From Diplonema japonicum (Eukaryota > Protista > Euglenozoa: Diplonemea), in NCBI GenBank assembly GCA_964019335.1, contig OZ025706.1, positions 449,162 through 513,161 of the forward strand: 64,000 nucleotides of DNA, in the 5' to 3' direction. The first letter of the stretch is position 1; each line of letters opens with the position of its first letter. Made by a program: the position numbers and the translations under genes. Under the pieces are notes generated by a model, which was not told the DNA's origin, searched no databases, and saw only the letters and a program-made list of their open reading frames with translations. Positions 35,990-47,600 of this stretch are shown in pieces.

Positions 35990-36848
35990 TTGGAGATTAC
36001 CTGGGCACATAAAAGAAGAACATGAAGAGGAAGGAGAAAGAAGGAAAGGAAGGGGAGGTGGCACAGCAAGGGACACCAAGAAGTGTTCTGTACTTTATTG
36101 GTTTAGTAAAAGAACCAAAAGAGAAAGAAGGAAAAGTAGCACACAATGCAGCAGCATGCATCATAACAGGCTGCCTTCCTACAACACCTATCCAAGACCT
36201 CCTGAAAATCACAAGGCTATGGCCAGTATGGGAGATGATAAAATACAAGACATCATCCATGTATGAGAAGCTTGTAAGGATGGAGGGGACAAGTGGGCAC
36301 ACAGCAATGGGGGCAGGAACAGCAAGAGGAACCTGGGTCTTTGAGGCAAGGAGCAGGGCAATCAATGAGAACAAATTGAAGAAGTATGAAAGAGCACCTC
36401 TTCACAACTCGTCACCCTTTCCCCCAACAGAAGGGCAAGGCATCCAGTGAGCCTTGGAGCAGTGAAAAACAAGCTCTGGAAATGTGCAAAAGACAGGATT
36501 GATGCAGAGCTGGACAAGCAGACAGCCTACCAGAAGCTGACAAAGGGCAAGGAACCCCCAAAGACAAACAGCTTGGACAGGAAAGCTGAAGTCTGCATCA
36601 ATCAACTGAAGACAGGACACCACCCGCTGCTGAAGGACTACTGTGAGGGTCCAAAGCAAAAGCCATGTCAGCTGTGTGGCATGAAGCACTGCACCCTGAA
36701 CCACTTGGTGATGAGCTGCAAGGGTACTGCAGCAGGGAGGGCAGAACTGGGAGCCAAAGGCCTTGCAGAGGCACTCCTCAAAAAACCACAGCAGACCACA
36801 GACCTCTTCTGTTCAATCAAAGAGATGATCACACAGGACCAGCAGTAG
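35990..36848 (+). pseudogene. Decayed 3' part of a non-LTR retrotransposon (post-RT region plus Cys/His motif)
   Basis: AACIITGCLPTTPIQDL (compare AARLITG in the intact LINE); QLKTGH..CQLCG..LNHLVMSC; followed by an A-rich tail. Confidence 0.7.
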
Positions 36849-38199
36849 AAGTAAATAGAATAGTAAAGAAAAAAAAAAGAGAAAAAAAAAACCAGAATGG
36901 AGAACAAAAAGAAAGGAAATAGTGTGAGAATTGAAATAATTAATGGGATGAACAGGACAAATGAGAAAAGAAAAAGAAAAGGGAAAAGAAAAATAGAGAA
37001 CAAGTGTAGGAATATAAATACAGATAAGAAGAGCACCATGAAGAAGAAAGAGGAAGAAAAAAAAGTTTGTGAGCAGCAGCCTTATCTAATCCCGTTTACC
37101 CAAACAACCCAACTCATACCCCCAGAAAAAGAAGAAGAGGAAAAAAAGAGAACAAGTGTGAAATAAGAAGAGTGCCATGAAGAGAAAAAATAAAAAGAAA
37201 GGAACAAAGAAAAAAGAAAGAAAAAAAAATCATAACCCAAGGCAAAACTTGTAGATAAAGACCCTGCAAATGTGTAGCATGAGTTGCTCACCCCCCTACC
37301 CAAAAGTGAGTAAAGCGTCTGTTAAAGAAAAGCAAGCCAGGATAGACTTGTGTACCCTTTTTTTCGCTCCTCTTCACTTTCACCCACCCAGGCCCCACCC
37401 ACCCCTACCCCTACCTGAGGCCAGGGAGGGAGAAAAAGAAAGGAGAGGGCTTGGCCAGCCAAAAAAAGATACTCAATTCAATCAATTCAAAATTGCAGCC
37501 CTTGAACAATAGACAGAAGAGCAGGACAAAAGAAGAAGTGAGGACAGCTGAAGCAATACAGAAGCCTGAGTCAGAAGAAAATTGATTCCTTAAAAAAATT
37601 TGATTAGGTAACCACAGCTGGGAGACTACTCCTATTTCTTCTATAGGGGTTTTTACCCTGGCCCTTGGCCAAAAAACCCATGGTTCTTGAGTAAATTATG
37701 GCCATAATTTGTTGCAAATAAATAGCTATTTTTGAAAACAAATCAATTTTTGGGTGTTTTTGACCACTCTTTTTGACCACAAGCACTTTTTTTTGACCTC
37801 CAACCAACCCACTTTCACTATAGGCCTCTATTAAGGCCTAGAATAGGTACTTTGGAGAAAAAAAATTTTTTTTTTGAAAAAAAAATCAATTTTTGGGTGG
37901 TTTTGACCACTTTTTTTGGGAGGAAAAAAAATTTTTTGGACACTAAAATTTTTTTATTTCACTCTTTGTCATTTTCTTCACTCACTAGGGGCCTCATTAT
38001 TTAACGCGAAATCGCCATTATTTAACTAGTTAAATAATGAGATTTTGCAGTTAAATAATGGCCATTCAGAGTGAAAAAATGGGTCTTGTCATGAATGTAC
38101 CCACCCTTGAAAAATTTTTTTGGGGTGGGGGTATTTTGACTATTTTTGGCCATCAGAGTATCCAGCCCTTAAAAGTGGGAATAAGCACTTTACTTCCCC

Positions 38200-38592
38200 T
38201 TTAAATGCCATAGTGAAGGGGGCACTGACATAGCCATGCTGATGAAATTTTTTAGCTGGAACTCAGTTTCAGTAGCCCAGGGCTACATTGATAAAAGCAA
38301 AAAGCTGATTAGGACTGTGTTGCAGCAGCTGAACATTCCTTGCCTGCCCTCACAACAGCAGCCTGGAAATCCTGCCTTGGTTCCCAACACACAACAGCCT
38401 GGACTGCCACAGCCTGCCCCCAACAGTGTCCAACTGGGTCAAACTATCTATTTCTCAAATATTAGTGACTATGTCACAATCAATATCAACAATAACCAAA
38501 TGTTTGTCCCCCCCCCAAAAAAAAAAGCTGACCCGTGTGAGGAAAGCAGCAGTGAAAGCAGTGAGAGTGAGTGGCTCAAGTGGCTCAAATGA
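38200..38592 (+). pseudogene. Possible tyrosine-recombinase (Crypton-like) C-terminal remnant
   Basis: G..IAMLMKFFSWNSVSVAQGYI resembles the W.S..VA.GY catalytic-Tyr motif. Confidence 0.35.
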
Positions 38593-38837
38593 TGAAGAGT
38601 GAAATAAAACGACTTACTTGCCACCAAATGAGCCATAATTTAACTCTTGTTACTGTTTTTTTGCACTCAGGCCCTGCAGGCCCTCATGCAAAAAATTCAG
38701 GACTCGAGTTAAATTATGACTCATTATTTGTTGGCAATAAATAGCCCTGAATAATCCCTTTATTTGGGCAGTGGAGGGGGGGTGTTTGGGCTCCAAAAAA
38801 AAAAGAATTATTTGGAATACACTTATTTGGGTTGTAC

Positions 38838-39760
38838 TTATTTGGGCTGGGGGGCCTGCCACATGGATAACAGGGAGCGGGGCTTGGAGCACTTCTTGGT
38901 CTTGTGTTCTTGCCAGTTTTTCTCCCAGGCTGTGGAGAACCCACAAACGTTGCAGACAATCTGCCTGGTTTTGGCATTAGGTGGTTGCTGGGAGGTTGCA
39001 GGGGTCTGAGAGGCCACTGGGGCTTGAGAAGCTTCTTGGGAGTCTGTTGGGGTTTGAGAAACTGCAAGGGCTTGGGAGGCTGGAGTCTCGGGTGTAGTGT
39101 CCATTGTCACACCTGCAACAACGTTCTGTGCTGCACTGTCTAAAGGGTCCGACTCCTTCAAAGTGCTTACTTCGCCAAGTGCTCTTAGCTGTATGGTCTC
39201 CACAGAACTACCTGGTAGGTAGCCAAGAGACCACATACAGGTAGAGGTGTCGAGCAGTTGCATGACCTTCTCATGTGCCTGCCCTACCCACAGTGCCATG
39301 TTGATATGGTGCTCTGCTGCAGTCATCGACCCACGTCCTGCCTCAGTTGCTTTGGCATGCCACAGCCCTCCTAACCCCTCGAAATGGAGTTTAAATAACG
39401 AAAAATAAAAAACGTCTAAAAGTTGTAGATCCGTGGTAAGCCCACCAGGGATCACAGCTGGTATAATCTTTGCAGCCTTCATGGCCGCCTTGCTTGCATC
39501 GCTGATGTGGCCTCTGGCTGAGTCCAAAATCAGCAGCACCGTCGCATCTTCAGGCACTGCAGCATGCAAGTATGGGATGTAGACATTAATAAAAAGTCAG
39601 AACCCACAACTCCACTTTCGCATGCTGTGACCTGCACCCCTTTGCACTTGTCTATTTCTCCCTGGGACGGGAGCCTGTCCTTCTTCAGCAACACGATGGG
39701 CTCTGGTTGCTTGTCGGTGGTGTTGATGATGGTGATGATCGCACGGGGTAAGAAGGCCAT
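38838..39760 (-). pseudogene. pogo/Tigger-like DDE_1 transposase remnant with C-terminal zinc-finger-like motif
   Basis: LLILDSARGH, VIPGGLTTDLQLLDV..FSLFK and CNVCGF..WQEH; frameshifted. Confidence 0.75.
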
Positions 39761-40371
39761 TTTAAAGAGGTTTAAGATTGATAGTCTGATGAACAGTGCC
39801 TGGGCTTGGCATTACATTCTGAATAAAATAAACTGCCTTCCACTTCTTGGTCGGGCGTCAGCCACGTCTACAGCTCTACAACTCTACAGCCCCCCCCCCG
39901 TCCCCTCAAAAAAAAAAAAAAAAAAAAGGAGATCGGGAATTATTTGGGAAATTTGGAGTGGAAAAATCCCCGAAAAAAAAAAGAATTATTTGGGAAAAAA
40001 CACATTATTTGGGAGGGAATTATTTGGGCCCCCCCTTTAGTTATTTTTTCCAGCACTATGTGCACTACAAGAATCTGCACCACACGTGCTACAGAGTCCT
40101 TCTGGGGTGCTGTAACAACACTGCACAGGACTCCATGGGACTCCACGGGACTTGACAGGACTCGACGGGACTCCACAGGACTCCGATGGGACTCGTTACC
40201 GTTTTTTTGCAGGTTTGCGGGTTTGCAAAAAATTCGGGAACTCGAGTTAAATAATAACTCATAATTTGTTAGCAATAAATAGCTAATTATTATTATAAGG
40301 CTTACTGTTTACTTTCCTTGCCATTTATAACATCACAGGTGTGAAGTGTGGAACAGAGAGAAACTCATCAC

Positions 40372-42533
40372 ATGAGCAGCGGGGAGCTAATCGAAAGGGA
40401 AAGAAAAAGGGAGTGGCTTGAGAAGACGATAGACGGGATCACCAACAAGATTGAGACGCAGGAAAAGAAAGTCGATGAGCTTAAGGCGAAAGTAAGGGCA
40501 GCAAGAGATGCTTATGAGCAGCACCTGTTGAACGATGCTACCGAAGACCTACAAGACACCCGGACTAAACTGGAGAAGCTGGAGAAGGAGAAGGACACGT
40601 ACACGGGCATACTGAAAAAAGCCCAGGACGCTGCGACTGGAACAAGACAGCCCAAGGTATGTTGTTTAGACAAGGTAAACAAACACCACAGAAACTGATC
40701 GGTCTTCAAGAAGTCTTAAATGCAGAGGGTGTGGTTGACCGGTTGATGAAGCCCTATCCGTTGTTGAAGACGGAAGGCAAGGACTGGGTGTATCAGAATG
40801 GTGAGAGCTTGCGGGAAAGATTGTGCAAGACCTTCAGAACCAACAGGAAGCTTTACCTAACTAACGAACGGGACAAGTCCACTGTGACCCAGACAATGCT
40901 CTGTGCAGGGCTGGGCATGGGCAAGACCCGTGCACTGACGATGGTGCCGGAGCTGCTAAAGTCGGAAACAGAGGGGAAAAAACTTTTCGTCTTTAATGTG
41001 AGCTTTGAGAACAGGAGTGGGTTCAACCCGGCATATGAGAATGCAAGTACACGTGCTGTCGTCGATCGTATTGTTTGCCATCTCACGGAGGCCCCTTTTG
41101 ATCTTTGGAGACAACAAAACACGGCCAACTTCTCTTTAGATGACCTTATACGTGGTCTCTACAAAAAGATGTATGGAAAGGAGCCTGGGACACCAATCTG
41201 CGAGGATGTAGTGTGCCTGCTGGCGATCGACGGGGTGCACAACTTGGCACACAACTCACTGCGTCCAGCAGACGACGATCCAATGCGCGTCTTTTTGCAA
41301 AGCGAGTTGAAATTCTTTCAGCTGACAAGTGACTTCTTTTGTTTCGTGGTGTGCTCGCTTACCGCGCGGAAATCGGCAGAAGCATCACTCGAAGGGACGA
41401 GCACAAGTCGAATTTTCATTCCAGTTCCCCGTGTCACTGTAAAGCCTGATAATGTGAATTTCAGCGAGAAGCTGTTCTCCATGGTGAAGGGACACGGGCG
41501 CGCGGTCGAGGCGCTTTCTTGGATGCGCAAGAAGCAACCTTCGGCAACTGATGTTCAGCTGCTCGAAGGGATGAGCAAGGTGCTGGCAGCTAAGTACGGC
41601 GAGATTATTGTGAGCGAAGAAGTCCAGAAGACGCTGCTAAAGAAGGCATTGCTGGATGAGCCTGTTAGAGAAACAGACGAAAATCTGGTAGAGCACCTCC
41701 GTCGGGGGCTCATGGTGGTTGAGAATGGAAGTCTGCAGCTGTCCCTCGTTTGGGCTATCGCCAATGCCATAACAAGAGGGAGCCTTCTCTCTCAGTACAA
41801 CTGGTCTCTCAACAGCGAATCTTTCGAGTCTTTCTTGTTGTGGTTCAGGGCAACTCTCTCCAAATTACACAAATGCGGCACAACCACTGATCTGGCAGCC
41901 TTTCACAAAGGAGTCAAATGGATGAAAGCTCCTAAAGTCCATTTCACAAACGTCCACCTGCAAACCCGCTATGCGGTGAATCGCATCAGTACTTGTGGTA
42001 CAGAAACACCAACGGAAATCAAGAGCAAACCTTCGCCAGGTTCAGACGAACAAGAAGAAGTGAAGGTGCCAGGGTACATCTTCAAAAATGCAAAGGGTGC
42101 ATCCTCAGGAGATATCTTTTTGGAGCTGAACAAAGGTGTCAATGAGGTGTTGCAAGCAAAGCACCTGGTCTCGCAGCCTGTCCCGAAGAAGGAGGACACA
42201 TTAATCCCTTATCTGAAAGAGGTGGTCCTCAAATCAGCCGACAAAACTGATGTCTTCTTGTTGCATACCACTGGCACTTTCCCCGACGACTGGGCCACGT
42301 GGTGCAAGGAAGATAGCGATCTCAAAGATCGCATCATAGGCATAGTGGACGCAACTAACTTTGAGGAGTACTACCACTGCTTTGCACCGTTGTGGTTACA
42401 TGAGAAAAAAACCAATCGCCCAAGACAACCTGTCAGTGCCTTTGCCCCGACACCGAAGAAACAGAGGATGCACAGTAAACCCAGCCACATGCTGCTCTCC
42501 ATGAGATGTGCACGTCGCACGTTTCGTCTTTAG
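40372..42533 (+). CDS. Crinkler/RHS-type protein: coiled-coil header, P-loop NTPase, REase-fold C-terminus; intron 40657-40691
   Basis: Exon 1 (95 codons) splices in frame; Walker A GLGMGKT, FNVSFEN, Walker B LLAIDGVH, GHGRAVEAL, NAKGASSGDIF..LQAK. Confidence 0.75.
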
Positions 42534-43749
42534 ATTCATCCCTCATCCTCTTTCTTCGCTGAAACAGTACCTCAAAGCCCTTCTAAATCCATATGCATCC
42601 ACTTCACTTACTGCACCAATGCACACAGGTTGGATGTAGCCAACTTGCTTTCTCTCCTTTTCCAAGCAGGCGTAGTGAGAACTTGGCAACCTCTTATTTA
42701 TGTGAGGCCGGTCCTGCGGCTCGACACCCGACAGTGAGGAGATGGCGATGGTAAAGGTGCTGATATGCTGGCACAGGCGGGCAGACGTCAGGGTAGGAAG
42801 ATTAGCGCTTGATATAAGATGGGATCCCACCGGACGCCGGGTACGGTTGGACAGTTTTCGAAGGTATTTATATATATCGGGCCCAGTGCTATGGAGATTG
42901 CAATGGATGATATCAAAACAGTCAGTGAGTATCAATTGGTGGACAAGTCTGGTGCCAGCACCCGCGGTAATTCCAGCACTTTCGATGTTATGACTTGCTG
43001 CCATCACATCCTCGACTCCTACAAAGGGGTAGGAGGGTCTTCCCAGCACATGAACTCCAGCGATGACAATACGCACGGCTACAAGAAGACATTCTGCAGA
43101 GCAGACGATGCCAACGAGGGTGCAGAGCACGACGACAGACTTCAACGGGACAGGATGAATGGTGCCAGGACTACCACGAAGATTCAAACCTTCTATGTCT
43201 CATTTTGCGAACGTGTCCTTGTCCCATCACATCCAACAAGGAGATCTTCACCAAATTTGGCAAGTAAACAAGACAATATTTTATTTCTAACCTTAGCCCC
43301 CGTGCCCTTACTTATTATTACTTGTTGCTTGAACAATATATAACCACTCACACAGGTAGACTTGAATCCTTTATGGATGGACGGGTGTCGTGTTAAAAGT
43401 CCAATTCGTGTTGACCTCAGAGCATTTCAAAGACTGCGCCGTACTGGCCTTTAGCAGTTAAATTTTTGATATGCACCTAGGAGTAAAAGTACTTAGAAAG
43501 TTTTAAACGTCACCGGAGGGTTGGGCTGGAAAATGAGCTATTTTGAAGGGTGGAAAATTTTGTGGTGCAGTCCAAAAGAAACCACCCAAAACACCTTAAA
43601 AGGGGCCAACTGAGGGTTTTTGGGACTGCGTCCCTACCCCTTGGGAGGCCTTCGTGAAATTATGTCACAGTACTTTAACTTTTCACTCTTTTTAGGTGCT
43701 GCAAACCATTTTTTGATGTTACACACTTTTTACTTGTACTGCACGAACG

Positions 43750-43882
43750 AAGAATCTTGGTTACCAGGGGCGCCCCGGCTGGGGTTGAGTTGCACACCAC
43801 ACGCATTAAGGACACGACACGGAACGCAGAAGAAGCTACTGCTCGGCCGAGGTGCGCCCCCTGTAATCAAGTAGACAGTTCA
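43750..43882 (+). repeat. Dispersed, CpG-rich copy of the repeat family
   Basis: GAATCTTGGTTACCAGGGGCGCCCCGGCTGGGGTTGAG..GACACGACACGGAACGCAGAAGAAGC. Confidence 0.85.
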
Positions 43883-44348
43883 TGCTTCGTTGCATGCTTA
43901 GCGCTAACTAGTGTTGCAATCAAAGCCCATTTTTCTCAAAATATCTCAGTCCACAGTGCTCTCTTGTTATGAGCTACTTTTAGGTGTGAGTTACATGTCA
44001 CAAGTCGTTATTTAGTAGATGTCAAGCACATGCCCTTTTTTTGGGGTGGTGGGGTGGAAATATAAACCACATAGACTACACTCTTAAGAGTAATGAACAC
44101 AATACCGTCGACCTATGTAATTCAGTAATAATAAACAAAGTAGATGCAGTCAGCGCACTTTGTTTGCTGCGGTTTATAACACGTCTTTGAAGAATTTGAG
44201 AAGCTTACAATGTATCTCATAGATAGTGGTGTTTTGTAGGTTGTTGCCATTTGCTTTCTGCACAATGGGTCCTTGATGACTCGAATGGCAGGCCCCGTCT
44301 GGCAGTGAAATGTTTATTTTTCTTCTTCGTACGAAAAAAAAAACGTAT

Positions 44349-44420
44349 TCCGCTATAGTACAGTGGTTAGTATACCTGGCTTTCACCCAGGCGACCCGGG
44401 TTCGAACCCCGGTGGCGGAA
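44349..44420 (+). tRNA. tRNA-Glu (TTC)
   Basis: TCCGCTA/TGGCGGA acceptor stem, CCTGG-CTTTCAC-CCAGG anticodon arm, GGTTCGAACCC, downstream T-run. Confidence 0.95.
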
Positions 44421-44641
44421 CTTTTTTTTACTGTGAAACGAGAAAGTCACTCTGACATTTTTCTCTTGCACTATCTTCAAGAAGGAGTCCGTTGTATTGG
44501 AGAAAAATACTGGGCTTTTTTTTACCTGTCTTCCGGCATTCTTCTCCGCTTTACAGTATTTATTTATTTCTTGACTTTTCTTCTTGTCTCCCTTTTAGTA
44601 GTTTTGTAGGTTAACAAAACAAACACAAGCTCACGCAAATC

Positions 44642-47600
44642 ATGGAAACGAAAGCAGGCCTTCTGCTGGTGCTGGTGACATCAGCAGCAGGGGTGGTATT
44701 GGACCCGCTGCCGTTCACAATTGCAAGGGGAACGGCGGAAACTGTTAGTGACACGGTATTTCTTATTGGAGGATGCAAAGACGCAGACCGTGGGACAACG
44801 ACCATTACACCATGCACTGCCTTTCAAGACTCAATCATGGAATATAACACAAGCACAGCTGCACATGCCTCCACAATGGTATCTTTATCTACCCCGAGAG
44901 AAGACCATGCTACAGTGGTGGTTGACAACGTGATATATATGATGGGTGGTGTGTCTGGAACAACGGGTCTTGTCGCTGCAACGAAAGTGGAGTCGTTTAC
45001 CCCAGGGACTGGTGTTCGGGAGGATGTCACAGACCTTCCAAGTACAATGTCGCATCTTAATGCTGGTGCCTTCGCTTTTGGTAAAAAGATCTACTATTGC
45101 AGTGGAACTAGCGCTAAGTGCGCTATCTACGACATTGACACAAAAGCCTGGATGCCCAAAACTATTCCCTTCCCTGAGAGGAGTGGGTTCAGGGTAGTTG
45201 TCAACACAGAGGGTACATCTGCCTATGTTGTTGGAGGAGCAGACATCACAGTTCCTGCTAGCCCAGCTTATGGAAGTGACATTTACATCCTCAGTGCTGG
45301 GTCAGAGGAATGGCAAACCCGAACCCTTCCCTTTTTTGAGTTTAATCGAGAGGACGCCGTAGTTGTCCTACTTAATGAAGTGATCTACGTCTTGGGCGGT
45401 GCTCAGAAGAAGCAGCCTTTGCAGACCGCCCTCGCCGTCTACCCCCTTACTAATGAGGTGCAAGTAATCGGCGGTCTGGATGTGTCGTTGATGTCCACTG
45501 CTGCCGCAACCCATAATGATGCTGTTTTTATGTTCGGTGGTTTGGATGCTAACCTAGCCAGCACTACTGCTTCAAACCGTTTTGAGATTAAACCTCAACT
45601 TCTTGATCTCCCAACGATCCCCCTGCACGGTTCCGGAACCACAAACCCGTCCCGTTTCTTTTGGAAGTGGATGGAAATCCTCACCTCTCGCATCAAGTTC
45701 CCTACCCACATCACCTATCGGGCTGTTGGTTCTTCGACTGGCATGTCCGACCTCCGAGGTGTCGGTCCAAGCCTCAGCCCCGTTGTCAGCTTTGCCTGTG
45801 GCGACATCCCTCTCAAAAAAGAGATTTACGATGAGATGAATGCGGCATCACGAACCGTTGTACACGTGCCCTTCGCCCTTGGTACCATCTCAGTGTTCGT
45901 CAATCTTCCCGTGACCAGCCCTTTGAAGCTTACCCCTTGCGTTCTTGCAAAGATCTACACTGGCGCCATCAAGGAGTGGGACCATGCCGACATCCTTGCC
46001 CACAACTCTCAACACCAAGCCGTTCTGACTGGTCGCCTCATCCAAGTTGGGAGACGTAAACACGGGTCGAGCAGCACTTTCGGTCTGACTCAGTATATGG
46101 CAGACGGCTGCCGTTCTGTCTGGAACACTGGTCCGAATTCAAAAATAGCTCTCTCGGATGCCCATGTGAGTGTCAGGGAAGGCTCAACAGAGATGACTCA
46201 GTTCTTGGAAAGCACAGAGTATGCAATTGGATACCTTGACTCTGGTCACGGTATTGCCAAAGGCTTAAAGGAGGCCGCACTTGAAGGGCAACCCGGGAGT
46301 TTCGGAGTCTCCTCGAATGCTGACATTGCAAAGGCTGCTGACGGGGCATCGTGGCCAGAGCCAACGGCTGACTGGTCAAGTTTCTCTCTGATCAACAGAC
46401 CCGGTGCGTGGCCCATCACAATGGTGAGCTACTTCTATTTGTACCAGGACATGACAGGTTCAGGCATCACAGGGAGCTTGCTTAAGGCTTTCGTTGAAAC
46501 TGTTCTGAGTGCAGAAGGTCAGCAGGACATGGAAACCAACTATGGATTCAAGCAAGCACCCTCCCAGATGAAGGCAGTGAGTGAGAAGGCGTTAGGGATA
46601 ATTAAATTTTCGGCAGATGCTCCACCCTTCACGTATGAGAGGGAAACGCAAAAGAATGGTGTGGGGATGGGTGACTACGTAATCAGCACCAAGAGGAACC
46701 CGAGACCTTTTGATGAATCGGTGGCCCTTGCGGACATTGCGACACTGGAGACAAAGACTCGTACCCTTGAAGATTCTGTGAACGCTTTAACAGATCACGC
46801 AAAGACGACAAACAGCAGGGGTGATCTCCTAGAACACGAGCTCCAAACAAGAGCTGAACTTGCAGAAGGGGCAGGTTTCTCCACGGCAGTGACAGCAGGT
46901 GATGTCATTTACATTATTGGAGGGTGCATACGACTCCCAAAAGATCAGCCTTGCTCGCGCTTTGCAGAGACAATTACTCCTTACCACACACTCACAAACA
47001 AATACCAAACGAGCATCGCTCTGATCACTCCGAGAGAGCGCCACTCCTCGGTGCTTGTCGGTAACAAAATCTACATCTTTGGTGGCTATACCACAAACGG
47101 TGACATAGCCTCAACAGTTGACATAATTACATTATCTGGCACGGCGGCCCCACCAGTGGTGAGTAACTTTGCTGGAGTCCCCACTGAGCTCAAAAGAGCT
47201 GATGGGGCTGCATTCGTGTTGAATCAACGAGTGTACTACTGCGGTGGGGTAACATCAACAGGTTCTATTCCAAGGTGTGACATTATTGAATTTGGTGCAA
47301 GCTCAGCCAGTGTCAAGGACACATTCCCTGTGCAGGCGCGTTCTGGGCACACCATTGTCGTGGACCATGTGGCAAAGAAAGCCTTTATGTTTGGTGGTGT
47401 TGTAACGGGGAAGACAGTTGGAGACCTCCAGGAGATGACACTTCTGGCAGATGGCAAAGGAACGTGGGGGACTGCGATTGCTGAACCTTTGGACGTCGAA
47501 AGAGCTCACCCGTCAATGGGACTTCTGGGCGACAACCTTTATATTTTCGGAGGGGAAAACAAAGACGGTGTTATGCGCACTGATATCCGTTTAGTCAACC

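Noticed and set aside
42543-43343. ORFs 42543..43187 (-) and 42819..43343 (+)
   Set aside because: No recognisable motifs; overlapping on opposite strands; cannot support either.
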